A stretch of 63,595 nt of DNA, the filler included, from Licmophora abbreviata (Eukaryota): NCBI GenBank assembly GCA_900291995.1. It is 12 parts of 12 records of this genome, joined end to end, with 100 filler letters (N's around TTAATTAATTAA, not from the genome) between each part and the next. Parts side by side here need not be neighbours in the genome. Positions count along the whole stretch, not along the records: positions 9,051 to 14,041 come from OLMU01004195.1; positions 14,142 to 15,937 come from OLMU01004196.1; positions 16,038 to 23,518 come from OLMU01004197.1; positions 23,619 to 30,522 come from OLMU01004198.1; 8 more parts are not named here. One strand, 5' to 3'. Below, piece by piece: positions 12,412 through 24,265 of the stretch (within the stretch, counting starts at the first letter, position 1; each line of letters begins with the position of its first letter). The position numbers were made by a program, and so were the translations under genes. The notes below the pieces were generated by a model. It worked only from the letters and a program-made list of their open reading frames with translations. It was not told where the DNA came from and did no database searches.

Positions 12412-13533
12412 TCAGCCTACACAAGTGCCGTCGCAGGTTGTGACCGCGCAAGCCTGGTCCGGAGCAACATTCGAACAGTCGAAAGCAACAGTATCACCGC
12501 AAACAAGACAGCCATTGCACACCTCGCTGTCGCCGTCCACTTGAGAAAGGCGGTCTTCGACAGCCACGATGCACTTGTTGCATTCGAACACATTGAGGCC
12601 AGATCCATCAGGACAATCTTGAAACTGCGTCACAAAAGCGTTCGTAGGAACATCCACCTTGTTACAAAAGTGACCGATACTAGGATTCGGGTCTTGGAAA
12701 CATTCATCAGCTTGCGATTCTTCAGTGGTGGCGGGAGGATCGCCCTTGCCGCATTCGCCGCTGCAGTCCTTAAATGCGCATTCTTCTTCCGGGGAGATGT
12801 TGGTGCAATCGTAGGCTACACTGTCGCTTGTTCCGCAGAGAATGCAGCCATTGCACACTGGTGTATTCCCGTCAATGTCAAAGACACTGTCGGCAAGAAC
12901 GACAAGGCACGTTTCACATTCGGCAACGCGCGCTTCGTCGGTATCTGGACATCCTGTGAAAAGTGTAATCAGGGCAGCGGACGGAACCCCACTGGCGTAG
13001 CAGATGATACTACCATCATCCGTCGCGAAGCAATCGTCGGCCCTCAAAGGAAGCGGGGGCTCGGTCGCTGGATCCTTACTTTCGTCGTCCGATCCAGACA
13101 AGGCGATGGCAATACCAGCGCCGGCTCCTGCAAGGACAAGGACGCCAACAATGGCAAGGATAATCCACAATTTCTTGCGATTCTTCGGTGACTCGTGAGG
13201 TTCATCGGGTCTGACTTTTCCTGGCGACTTGTCGTCAACGACGTCTGCGACGACCGCCACGTTCATGATACGGTTCATGATTCGTTCTTCCATGGCGTTG
13301 TCGTCGACCAGCTCGGCTTGGAGGCCTTTTTCTGGGTCAGTTTTGGAATGGCTCGCTGAAAGGATGATTTCTCCATCCGAGTCATCTTTACTTAGATCAA
13401 TATCGGTCAGTTCTTCAGTCGGATTAAACTCAATCTCATTCTGATCGTCGTTTTGTGAACCGGCCATGCCTGGCACGGACTCGGCACCAGGTTTCGGCGT
13501 GGGTTTCATTGAATCTCGAGCAACCTTGTACAT
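12412..13533 (-). CDS. Type II membrane protein with two tandem 12-Cys modules (family member 3)
   Basis: TM LWIILAIVGVLVLAGAGAGIAIAL; two copies of CF..C..CP..CxxC..CNGCxxCG..DCxN..C..C.G.C. Confidence 0.8.
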   Translation of the reverse strand: MYKVARDSMKPTPKPGAESVPGMAGSQNDDQNEIEFNPTEELTDIDLSKDDSDGEIILSASHSKTDPEKGLQAELVDDNAMEERIMNRIMNVAVVADVVDDKSPGKVRPDEPHESPKNRKKLWIILAIVGVLVLAGAGAGIAIALSGSDDESKDPATEPPLPLRADDCFATDDGSIICYASGVPSAALITLFTGCPDTDEARVAECETCLVVLADSVFDIDGNTPVCNGCILCGTSDSVAYDCTNISPEEECAFKDCSGECGKGDPPATTEESQADECFQDPNPSIGHFCNKVDVPTNAFVTQFQDCPDGSGLNVFECNKCIVAVEDRLSQVDGDSEVCNGCLVCGDTVAFDCSNVAPDQACAVTTCDGTCVG

Positions 13534-14041
13534 GATACGGTTTGCTTCTGTTCGCTAGATACCCTGGTAGTCAATGTCTTCTTCGTTTGGGCTGAAGAAG
13601 CTGCGTGTACTACAGTAACTCTCTTTTTGTTGGTGTCTGTTGTTTGCTTAGCTTTTTTAACCACATCGAACGCCACGTATGGTCGCATCGCGAGCAAGAT
13701 TGAGATCTTGACCCACCATCCGCGCGAACTGTTGGTGTCGCGTTTCAATAAGTAAATATGCGTCATGTCAAGATCGAAAATATCAATTTCAAAGTTCATA
13801 TTCGGGAGGAGATGACGGTAGGACGGACATACCGTGGACTTAGTAGGCTGAGGCCGGAAGCCATTAGCCGGATAGACCAAGCAGGTGCAGTACGATCTGC
13901 GATGTACACCTGTAGTAGAGCGACCAGGCAAGCTACCATACTACCCGGTACCCGCATCATCTATACTCGTACACTTCAACGCGAAATATGCTCCGTATCG
14001 ATACCAAAATACAAGATCTTTCTCGTCAGTATTGTATTTCT

Positions 14042-14141
14042 NNNNNNNNNNNNNNNNNNNNNNNNNNNNNNNNNNNNNNNNNNNNTTAATTAATTAANNN
14101 NNNNNNNNNNNNNNNNNNNNNNNNNNNNNNNNNNNNNNNNN
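14042..14141. other. Artificial contig spacer
   Basis: Same 100-nt spacer. Confidence 0.97.
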
Positions 14142-15216
14142 TGTTGCATAATTCCGATTCGCCATCGATATCACCGACGGTCTCTTCACTGGCAATGACG
14201 CACCTGTCGCAGAAAAATACATTGAGACCGGTGGGATTGGGACACCCACTGTAGAGTGTGACAAAGGAAGTCGTGGGGACGTCGTCCTGTGTGCAGAAGA
14301 TATCGTCAGCGCCTTCGATGCATTCGCCTTGCACATTTGCAGTGGACGTGGCAGGATCGCCCTTTCCGCATTCGCCACTGCAGTCCCTGAATGCACACTC
14401 TTCATTGGGAGCAATGTTGGTGCAGTCGTAGGCAACTGTATTGCTCGTTCCACAGATCATGCATCCATTGCAGACAGGTGTGTCGCCAGTTAGGTCAAAC
14501 ACACTTTCCGTTTGAGCGATGACGCATCGCTCGCATTCGGAAACACTCTCTTCGTCCGTGTCGGGGCAATCAGAGAAGAGTGTGACTAAGCCTTCTACCG
14601 GTATGTCTTCTGAGTAGCAGAAAATGGAGCCATCCTCCCCTGTAAAACAATCGTCCGCTACCAACGTTGGGGCTACAGTGCGGGGCTGTACGCCACTGTC
14701 TCCGCCCCCACCGGAGAGACCGACACCGAGACCAACTCCGAGTCCAACAAGCGCGACTAGTGCCGCAATTCCAATTAGCAACCACATTCTCGTCCTGCGC
14801 TTGGGCTCGTCGTCGTCGCCAGCAGCCCTCTTTGAAGTGACGACAGCATCCTCGTCCACGGCCACCACCTCCGTCACCACGGGCGAGCTTTTCATGAGTC
14901 GTTCCATGATGCGCTCTTCGAGATCGCTGTCCGATCGAGCAAGTTCAGCCTCGATGACTTTGGGAGCGGATGCTGTTGACTCTGGAATCATTGAGGTACT
15001 TGCTTCGGCCTCATGCTCCCCATAGCGAGCAGTATAGGTATTGGCATTGCTCGTGGCGGATGCTACTGAAGGTTCATGATGATTTTCCTCGTCCGAGTTG
15101 GGAGTAAACTCAATATCTGCTTCCTGCGTGGAACTACCGCCCACAGACTGAGCACCTGGTTGAGAAAGCGGGGCGTCCATGCCGCGCGGTACCTTTTCAC
15201 CATCAGTGCTGCTCAT
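14142..15216 (-). CDS. Type II membrane protein with two Cys modules (family member 4; 3' end lost in gap)
   Basis: TM WLLIGIAALVALVGLGVGLGVGL. Module 1 closely matches member 3 (TPVCNGC..AYDCTNI.P.EECAF.DCSGECGKGDP). The ORF runs into the gap at ELCN. Confidence 0.8.
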
Positions 15217-15499
15217 GACGATGATTAATTTTTAGGAGTCTTGGGTTTCGACTTTCTGTCGTCTCGTCTCGTCTTACAAGAGGGGTGAAGATAAAGACAA
15301 AGTGAAACGGAGAACATTCACTAGACGAGAGGTCGACGAAGCGCGAGTGACGTTTTCAGTTTGTGCTTCGGTAAAAAATGAAAAGCCTCATTTTTACAAG
15401 AAAATATATACGTGTCTGAATAAAAGGAATGAAATATATCGACAAGACTACATGTCTGATCACACATAAATACAATCGGCCGCGCCGACAAATTCCATT

Positions 15500-16365
15500 T
15501 ACAACAATCGGAGAAGACTGCGACAAAGAAAATCTACCGGTATGTCTTCTGCAAAGCAGATACTGGACCCGACGTCCCCCGTAAGGCAATCATCTGGGGC
15601 TGCTGCAGGGGACTGTCCGCCACTGCCTCAGTCCCCACCAAACAGACCGACGCCGCGGCCAGCACCCCGAGTCCAACAAGCGTGACCAGGGCTGCAACTC
15701 CAAGGATGACAAGCCACATGCTTAACCTGCCCATGGGCTGCTTGTTACCAGACGCCTTCTTTCCTGAAGGGACACGGTCTCTGGTAGAAGCTAAGAAAGC
15801 ACCCTTCACCCCCATCACGACCGGTGCACATTCCATGGGTTGTTCCATGCACTCTTCCAGGTCGATGTCCGATCGACGCTGCTCCTCAGCCACGACTATA
15901 GGAGCGAATGTTGTCGGTTCTTGCAAAATTGAGAAAANNNNNNNNNNNNNNNNNNNNNNNNNNNNNNNNNNNNNNNNNNNNTTAATTAATTAANNNNNNN
16001 NNNNNNNNNNNNNNNNNNNNNNNNNNNNNNNNNNNNNGAGCATGATCGTCCTTGTTTGTGGCGGGTGGAATGCACTCTTCGAGGTCACTTGCCGATCGAG
16101 CGGGTTCAGCCTCGGTGGCTTTGAGAGCAGTCGGCTCTGGAATCATTGAAGTACTTGTAACGGCCTCCTCCTTGCACCGAGCATCATCACTGGTGTTACT
16201 ATGTGTGACTGATGAAGGCTCGAGACGATTTTCCGCCTCCGAGTCGGGAGAAAACGCATGAGGCGCTTTCTGCGTCGTGGCATCACTACCGCCCTGAGCT
16301 CCTGGTGGAACAAGCGGGAGGTCCGTGCCGCTCTGTGCGTTTTCTCCGTCACCGCTGATGCACAT
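15500..16365 (-). pseudogene. Degenerate/truncated copy of the Cys-module membrane gene (family member 5)
   Basis: N-terminus aligns with member 4 (STSMIPE..AE.ARS.SDLEE). TM is present. The module start (DDCLTGDVGSSICFAEDIPVD, VAVFSDC) is split over different frames, and similarity ends near 15500. Confidence 0.65.
15938..16037. other. Artificial contig spacer
   Basis: Same 100-nt spacer. Confidence 0.97.
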
Positions 16366-16864
16366 GACGATGATTGGTTTTTAGAAGAAGTTCAGTGTTT
16401 CAAACTTCCTTGTGTCTTCTCGCGTCTCCTCTCGCAGGAAGGGTGATCACGACGGCAGTGTGGGAGACCAAGCGCGTACGACGAGACAGTCTTAGGCCTT
16501 AGCTACAGTGTGGGGTGTGCGTGCGATCTCTCTTGTCGTTCCTCGTGAACTTCGTCAGATTTTTGTCGAACTTCAGGCGTGACTCTTGATGTTGAACGGA
16601 CTTTGGAATTAGGCAAACACCGGATCATAGAAGAAGTACAATGAAAAATTTCAGGTATGAATATACACATTATACGCCGGTGCGCGATACCGCCAATTTT
16701 GAATTTTGGCAATTTTGTCATCGTGAGGTCCAAACCGTCGGCCGACTGGTCGTGCGGCAAAACTTAGACTACAGATCTCCACAACGACAACAAAGACGCA
16801 GACGACAGTCTCGTACGACAGTCTCGTCAATATCTTGACTCGTCGGTGCCGCAGCAGAAGCAGA

Positions 16865-17893
16865 ATGTGGGCCGATCTTCCACGTCGCATCACTACAATT
16901 TGCGTGGGAGTTCCTATTTTATTGGTGATTTTCTCTCAACCGTCGACCTCCAGACTCTTCTTTGGGGGAACGCATGTCGTTGCCTCGTATGAATGGGCGC
17001 AGCTCGTTCCAGCGAAAGAAGTAGACGCAGAAGAGGTAGTGCAGGATGAGGATGCAAAGACGAAGAAGCGTGACATGGCTGATAAGAATATGCATCGTCA
17101 CTGGCTGTGGCTTGGCTTGAATGTACTAGTGGCCCAGCTCCCAGCTCGGTTCTTTCTTCTGGGCATGCTGTTGTGCATGGCCACCCTCTACTGCCTTTGT
17201 GGCATACAGTCGCCATCGGTTGCATTGTCGTCGACGCTGCACGCCATTCATGGTCTACTCTTTGTCACTCTCCCCTTTTATACGTGGAAACAGGTGGCTT
17301 CCCAGTATCATTACACCCACGTCGTGACACTCCTGCTCATCGTTTGGAACTGTGACACTGGGGCCTTGGTAGTGGGGCGACTGTGGAAAGCGTACATTCA
17401 AATGTCACCACCACCACCAAATCATCATCAACGACAACAGCCGCTGTGGTTGAGATCTATATCACCGGCCAAGTCAGTAGCCGGCATTGAGGGTGGTATA
17501 GTGTTTGGGACAGCGACGACATGTTTGCTTGTCCCTTGGATGTGGACTGCCGTGCCGACGTGGCTGTTGTATGGCGATGGAGAATCTTGTGATGTTCTTG
17601 CCAACGACGACACGCAGTGGTGGCGTCAAGAACAGATTATGGACTACTCTCGTGCTTCTTCTATATCATCATCCTTGCCTTTCTTTTCGTTAGCAAGCCG
17701 TCTATTGCTGGGCATGATGCTTTCCATATTGGCCGTTACGGGTGACTTGTTGGAAAGTGCAGTCAAGCGACGAGCGATGAAAAAGGATGCGGGTACCTTC
17801 TTGCCAGGACATGGGGGAGTTTTGGATCGATTTGACTCGTCGTTGCTGGCGATTGTGGCCTATCATGCCGTGTGTTTACATCACAGGGGATAG
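16865..17893 (+). CDS. cdsA: Phosphatidate cytidylyltransferase (CDP-diacylglycerol synthase)
   Basis: Multi-TM; WNCDTGA, ISPAKS..G, and the family signature GDLLESAVKR...KDAGTFLPGHGGVLDRFDS. Confidence 0.9.
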   Translation: MWADLPRRITTICVGVPILLVIFSQPSTSRLFFGGTHVVASYEWAQLVPAKEVDAEEVVQDEDAKTKKRDMADKNMHRHWLWLGLNVLVAQLPARFFLLGMLLCMATLYCLCGIQSPSVALSSTLHAIHGLLFVTLPFYTWKQVASQYHYTHVVTLLLIVWNCDTGALVVGRLWKAYIQMSPPPPNHHQRQQPLWLRSISPAKSVAGIEGGIVFGTATTCLLVPWMWTAVPTWLLYGDGESCDVLANDDTQWWRQEQIMDYSRASSISSSLPFFSLASRLLLGMMLSILAVTGDLLESAVKRRAMKKDAGTFLPGHGGVLDRFDSSLLAIVAYHAVCLHHRG

Positions 17894-18004
17894 CAAAATT
17901 CACCCGTATGATGAAGTCATGCGATTGGGCAAGCAAAATGATGTGTTGTGATACAAATTGGAGTTATTACATTTACGCAAGCGCAGGGAGAGGAGACAAG
18001 CAGA

Positions 18005-20582
18005 TCATGAATTGTTCAGTGATGATTCGATTATACGAACATAGCCGGTCCATGTGGTGCTTTGCATGGCGCCAATTGCCGCGATTTGACCATCGGACGA
18101 GGACGATACAGAGATACCAAATTCATCGCCCATCGCATCGCCTTGGACTCGATTGGTCACCGTGTCCCATTCACCCATGTCTTGCAGATACTTGTGAACG
18201 CTCACTTGGTTGGAACCGTACAGACCGACTGTCAGTGTGTTGCTAGCTAGCTGCAAAGACCAGCCCATGCGGTCGTTTGCCGCCTCGCCTACCAAGGGTG
18301 CACCCAGTGGCGACCACTCTTTGGTTTTAGTGTCATAATCGTATGATACGACGAGCCCAGCGTTTCGAAGGGAGGACGGGGTATCTTTCCAGGGAGCACC
18401 AATGGCGACGCGGTTTGATTGCGTTCGATCCAGCGACACGGCTGTGCCAAAGCGATCGTCGAGTTGGACGGGAGACACGCTGTTGACGATGTCAGGCAGT
18501 GGTTCCCATCCACCAAAGACCCACTCGAAGCACCGTACGTATCCACCGTGTTCTGTATTGCGCGGCGCCCCGGACTACTAGGAACCTACCGTCATTGGAT
18601 AGATCCACGTCCCACCCGAACCAATCGACGCTGTTTGAACCATCCAGTCGTTGTCCAACCCTTGTCCAAGCGTCTCCCGCCTCGGCTAGTTCGAACACAC
18701 GGACTTGTCCATTCAGAGTCAAATTCTCACTGTCATGGTAAGGCGAACCGACCGCGAGACGCTGTCCATTGCCTGCCAGGGCCAGACTCATACCGAACAA
18801 GTCAGCGACAGCCTCGCCTGGTAGTTCCTGTCCAAGTGGCTGCCACTGGTCGGCCTGTAAATGAAAGATACGGACGTTTCCACTCCGATCGCCGGCAGGA
18901 CCGTCCAAACCAGGCTCCGATACTGCGAGGCGCATTCCGTCGTCACTCAACGAGACGACGTAACCAAATTGATCATTGTTGTTGCGACCGTAAAGTATCT
19001 GTCCAAGCTGCTGCCAACTGTCCGATTCAGTCTCCTTGAATACCTGCACGCGTCCGCTCTGATAAAGTCCTTCTCCAGAAAACCGTCGAGAGCCCACTGC
19101 CACGATCTTTCCATTAGCCGACAAAGACACGGAATAGCCGTACTGCTCAGCCGGTTGACTGCCCGACAAGGTGACGAGTGTCGTAAGTGTTGTGGTAGAG
19201 AAAATTGATGTTGGTGACGATGACGGAGTACTCGACGGAGATGCAGATAGTGTGGGAAACAACGAAGGCGATGGACTGGGCGCCACCGATGGACTTGTCG
19301 ATAACGTGGAAGTCGGAGTCGAGGATGGTGCGACTGTTGGTATGTCGGTTGGAGTCATAGATGGCATTGCGGAGGGCTCTGTTGATGGCATCTGGTTCAG
19401 TATTTGCGTCGGGCTGGTCGTGAGTCCCGACTGTATACTGGTTGGACGAAAGGTGGGATCTGCAGTTCTCGGAGTGGATGCCGTCGTTGGAACTTGTGTT
19501 GGGCTGCGAGAGGGAGCCACAGACGAGCTTCCATTATTCCAGACGGGACCATCGATCGTTTCCGACGAAGATGTATCTTCTTTGGGCGTCGTCTTCGAGA
19601 CAATCAGTGATACAACAATCCCAATAATCGCAAGTAGTATCAAGAGTGTCGCTGCCATGAAGATCCAGCGGTTTCGAGAGGAATCTACAGGTGCTTTCGC
19701 CTCTGTCTCCGACAAATCTTGCGGAATCGATTCATCTGCAGTATAGTTGGTGCCGCATATGGATGATTCGGTGTTTCGCACGACTATTATGCCAGACTCC
19801 ACATCGCCTGATTGTCTCGTGATGTTACTCTTTTTGAGAGTAACCATGCTGTGATCTGAAGGAGCTCCTTTGGGTTCTTGTTTCGTAGTGGACGAGGGCA
19901 AGATATTGGTTAGGAGGCCTCGAATGCCGCCGCTGCTCTGACTACTGTCGGAACCCAGACTTTTCGCATCATCATTACTCGTATCTGTGTTGACGTTGTT
20001 ACTCTTGGTGCTGTCCCACGGCTCGACGCTGTCCAGGTCAATGGGCCCATTATCAGAAAGCGCTTCTCTTCTTATTGGACTTCTTTTTCTGGGTGGATTT
20101 CTCGAAGCCAATCGTGGAGGCAGCAAGTTCGTTGCAGTATCGCCATTGCTGGCTGCGAACCAGGCCGTGAGGAGGGATTGTTGCTGTTTGGCCATGTAGA
20201 CCAGTCGACGCACGTGAGCCTCCTCTCGCTTCTTTCTCAACCTCGAATTTTGCTGTTCATCGTCATCACTGTCATCCTCATGGGAATACGAAGGCACGGA
20301 CGGGGCTTGTTTGCGAAGTTGGGACTGCGGTGATGCTTGCGGGGACGGTACTGGAGAGCGCAAAAGCATTCGGTTGGATTTGTCATATTTTGGGACCGGA
20401 GCCGCGTTCCCCCAGGACACCGTCTTTCCAAGACGGAGGCTGCGCGGTGGTGTCGCTGGAGTCTGCGATGGAGAACCTCCAAAGAGTCGAGGAAGAAAGC
20501 GTCGGGATCCGCTCGAGTTGGAACTGGAGGTGGAAACAACGGAGCTATCAACACTCGCAGAATCATTTTGCGATTTAGCCAT
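18005..20582 (-). CDS. Type II membrane protein: Ser-rich cytosolic N-terminus, TM, P/S/T stalk, FG-GAP (integrin-alpha-like) beta-propeller; 1-nt frameshift near 18572
   Basis: TM WIFMAATLLILLAIIGIVVSLIV; repeats YGYSVSLS, FGYVVSLS, FGMSLAL..VGSP, FGWDVDLS, FGTAVSL..IGAP, MGWSLQL, FGISVSSS. Removing one C restores VVGAPRNTEHGGYVRCFEW and joins ORF 18005-18478. Confidence 0.8.
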
Positions 20583-20883
20583 CGTCGAAGTTCAGTGAGC
20601 TGAGCGATATGACCTTTGATTCCAGTGTTCTACTCCTATGATACAATCGCCAGTTTCTCCAATCCTCATGCAAGACAATCCCATCGCGGTCCCAGGAAAG
20701 AGAATGGAATTGAGATGAGAGATGCACAAACGCTCACGACTCAGTCGAAATGTGACGAAAGCACAGCACGTAGAGTTCCTACGTGACATCACCGTAGGCA
20801 ACCAAGACTTCGAACATTCAATACTATTCAGATGCCTTTGTATGTAAATTTCGCGGGACTGGCACAGTTTCTGACAACGGTCC

Positions 20884-20941
20884 GACTCACTCGACTCAGC
20901 ACTTCGAATCTGAAATCATTTGGAATCGACTCACTCGACTC
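20884..20941. promoter_or_regulatory. Two copies of the candidate cis-element GACTCACTCGACTC in a divergent promoter
   Basis: 20884-20897 and 20928-20941, between the FG-GAP gene and the sterol desaturase. Confidence 0.4.
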
Positions 20942-21029
20942 AGATAAACCGACAAGGTTCGTGTTCGGCCTTGCCACGCCAAACGCATTCCTTGCGGCTT
21001 GCGGTACAGTGATCCACTCTTGCAAGACC

Positions 21030-22257
21030 ATGGCGACCTTTTCTTCGTCTATGACGATACACAACGTCCTGATACTGCTACTGTTAGTAGTACTGTGCTG
21101 TACAGCGGTATCAGCTGGATTTTGGGACCAAAACGCGACGGCGGACGCCGCAACTGTCGAAATGAACCCTGCTTCGTCCAGTGAGTGTTGCACGGGCTGT
21201 GTCTAGTGAGAAATTTAATTTTGGGGGTCATTTCACCTGTAAACTTATCCTTCACGCCTCTCTGTCCTTTCCCCTAATGTCAAATTTTAATTTAGTTCCA
21301 TTTCCGGGCGTAGAGTGGCTGACACGAATGGCATCGCCCGGTTCCAAGTACAGCGTCGATGGCACCACATACACGTCGGTCTACGACGCTCTGCTTTATG
21401 GAAGCCCCCTGGAGAATCCTTGTCGGAACTTCAATGCCTACATAAATTCATTTTTGTTTTCGAATGACTTTGCGGCACGCCTGGTGGACAGGATTGGCGT
21501 TGAGTACGGTCATTATGTGCTGTGTTACTTGCGCAACTTTCTGGGGGCCATGCTGGTCTACTACGGAACAGCCGCCATTTTTCATTACCACTGCTACGTG
21601 CATCCTCGCTCGAACGATATCTTCGCTGATCGGAAACGACCAAGCGCTTCCATCATGTGGGATCAGATTAGGCTGGCGCAGGCGTCAATGTTTCTCTACG
21701 TTGGTCTTCCTGTCTTGGACGAGTACTTGATTGAACAGGGATATACACGTGTCTATCATACCGTCGACGAGATTGGCGGATGGTTCTGGCATGCTGTCAT
21801 TATGACTTTCTACTTTGCTTGTGTTGAAATTGGTATTTACTGGATGCATCGGACCTTGCATACCAACAAATTCTTGTACAAGCATGTACACTTGCTGCAT
21901 CACAAGTACAATTCACCCGAAACACTCACACCATGGGCCAGCATTGCCTTTCATCCGCTCGATGGCATTCTTCAGGCATCCCCCTACGTCGTATGCTTGT
22001 TCTTCATTCCCTGTCACTACTTGACACACTTTGGACTATTGTTCTTCACCGCGATCTGGGCCACGTACATTCACGATGCTATGGATTTCAATATCGATCC
22101 CATTATGGGAAGCAAGTACCATACGGTTCATCACACGCATTACATTTACAATTATGGACAGGTTTTCACATTCTGCGACCGATTCTGGGGTACCTATCGA
22201 CTTCCGGAGGGTCCCACAGGAACGGGTGGAAAGCGAAAAAGCAAAAAGGAGGCCTAA
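21030..22257 (+). CDS. Delta7-sterol C5(6)-desaturase (fatty acid hydroxylase superfamily; ERG3/STE1/DWF7-like); intron 21181-21295
   Basis: His boxes HRTLH, HLLHH, HTVHH; PWASIAFHPLDG; YNYGQ..DRFWGT. A phase-1 GTGAGT...TTTAG intron links a hydrophobic exon 1. Confidence 0.9.
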
Positions 22258-22366
22258 TTTGGAAGTACAGGGATAATTGTGCAGTGATGACAAGTCGAAT
22301 GCCACGTAAAAAACTTAGTAGTAGAAGTGTGAAAACGGGAGGTTACACCAATTCTCTTCATCTTGA

Positions 22367-23425
22367 CTAGTTGTTGTTGCGATCGTCGTCTTCTTCTCCC
22401 TTGGCCGTCACCAGTGCCTTGGCCCACGCCGCGTCGTCTTCGTCACGCAGTACATCAGAATCAATTCCAAACAAGCTCGGATTCCCAAATGAATCGTCCA
22501 TGACGTACGCTGCTGTAGACACACCTGGCGATGGAATCGAAACTGGTTCAGTTTCAGAGAGACCACTCTCTTGACGCAACTTGGCTTCCTGTGCTTGTCG
22601 CAACCGACAATTTAGTACAAAGATGGAAAGCGTTTGCAAGTAGGGAGAGTTGACCTTGTCCCAAAATTCCGGTGGATGCACCTTGCGATATTCGTCTTGC
22701 AGGGTGCCGCAAAACTCGTCCGATACGATACTCCTTCCCTCCACCAAGGGAAGTTCACGCACCGTCTTGAGCATGACTCGCTCGTCGGCGTAGAGAAAGG
22801 ACGTGTATGCCGCAATCAATAGACTGGCTGACGCGTCGAGCATGAGTCTCACTATTTTCAAGGTCGCGAGAGCGAAACTGAACCCTTCCAATGGCTGACG
22901 TTGTGGCGCTGTATCAAAGACATAAGCCTTTGGCTGACTTAGGTTCTGATTGAATTGGCGTCGAGCAATCATGCGTGCCACGACACGGGGTGCCATGCGC
23001 AGTGCGACGAACGTAACGAGTCCCGTCGCAATGCCTTCCTTCAAACCGAGATTGTTGATTTGCAGGAGACTCTCGCGCTCAGCCTTGAAGTCTAGTTCAT
23101 TGTACGCAATGTCGCTCGTCTCACCAGCGAGAACCTTCTGCAGAAATTGTGAGTTTTCGAGTCGATTCCGAATTACCTGGAGAAAGTGCTCCAGTGTCTT
23201 CGTTTCTTGGATGCGCTGCTCCTGAGTCACAGGCGTTCTGTTACGCTGATTCCTATCAGCAGAGCACGAGGTGTACATGCTCTTCTTGTCCGATACGTTG
23301 AACGAATGAATCAAGGATAGACTGTTACGAATGTCGAGTGTCATGTCGACCACAGCATCACGGCCTGTTACATGGCTCTCACGAGCTCGTGTTTCTAGTT
23401 CTTCGCCAGGTTCTTCGCAAGGCAA
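22367..23425 (-). CDS. Hypothetical two-TM protein with a PLVEGRS...NC..R...LR.E.GL...P.PG domain (start uncertain; first ATG 23344)
   Basis: Long ORF with two hydrophobic segments. The domain is shared with both halves of 27544-29313. Confidence 0.7.
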   Translation of the reverse strand: MPCEEPGEELETRARESHVTGRDAVVDMTLDIRNSLSLIHSFNVSDKKSMYTSCSADRNQRNRTPVTQEQRIQETKTLEHFLQVIRNRLENSQFLQKVLAGETSDIAYNELDFKAERESLLQINNLGLKEGIATGLVTFVALRMAPRVVARMIARRQFNQNLSQPKAYVFDTAPQRQPLEGFSFALATLKIVRLMLDASASLLIAAYTSFLYADERVMLKTVRELPLVEGRSIVSDEFCGTLQDEYRKVHPPEFWDKVNSPYLQTLSIFVLNCRLRQAQEAKLRQESGLSETEPVSIPSPGVSTAAYVMDDSFGNPSLFGIDSDVLRDEDDAAWAKALVTAKGEEDDDRNNN

Positions 23426-23518
23426 GAGAGCTCGTGTTGGGTCGGGGATTGAATTTGAATTAGTACTTCATGGCTATAGCCATCATAATAAGATTACTTA
23501 ATGATGGATGGCTTCTCT

Positions 23519-23618
23519 NNNNNNNNNNNNNNNNNNNNNNNNNNNNNNNNNNNNNNNNNNNNTTAATTAATTAANNNNNNNNNNNNNNNNNNNNNNNNNN
23601 NNNNNNNNNNNNNNNNNN
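23519..23618. other. Artificial contig spacer
   Basis: Same 100-nt spacer. Confidence 0.97.
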
Positions 23619-24265
23619 TAATGCCTGCGATCCGCTTCTTTGTTGAAAAGACCACGGATTTATTTGCTCGAGAAGAGATGTAGCGGCGACTTCGACTAGC
23701 TACCAGTACATATTATATTGATTTGTGAGCCTGTGCCACTACCGGGCGCCTCACTCGGACAGCGAGGGATCAACAAGGCATGAAGACGGACGCAAAACAG
23801 AACTAGCTTGTTTCCATTAAATAGCAATTACGATGGCATGGTATCTACTCGCGTTCGTGGTTGGTGGCCTCCTAGCTTGTTACTAGTAGCTACTCCGAGT
23901 AGTATCTACCGGTAGTTCTAGTACCGATTTGTCGTCACATCCTGCACGTTCAACCATTGTGTCAAGTAGCTGAGTATAGGTACTGCAATGCCTCCCTCAT
24001 GCCCCTAGAGTAGATCACCTTGTCTATGTGATACTTGGACGAGGAAAAGGCTTGCTTAGTGCAGTCTACGACAGCAAATTCTCAGCTGTGAGGTCGCATC
24101 GTCGTCGTGCTCCTCGATAGGGCTCCAGGATCTGTTCGCGCTCCGCGCTCTGTAAAAAGCTATCCAGATAATCGTTCGACATCATATCGACCATGGCGAA
24201 AAACAGTCGTCTCGGCGTGTAAGAGTTGAGTCGCCTGTTCCGGGCTGTTGATCTTTTTTCAAATT

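Noticed and set aside
9518..15216. Cys/acidic modules as frustulins
   Set aside because: They lack the C[EQ]GDCD motif and have type II TM topology rather than a cleaved signal peptide.
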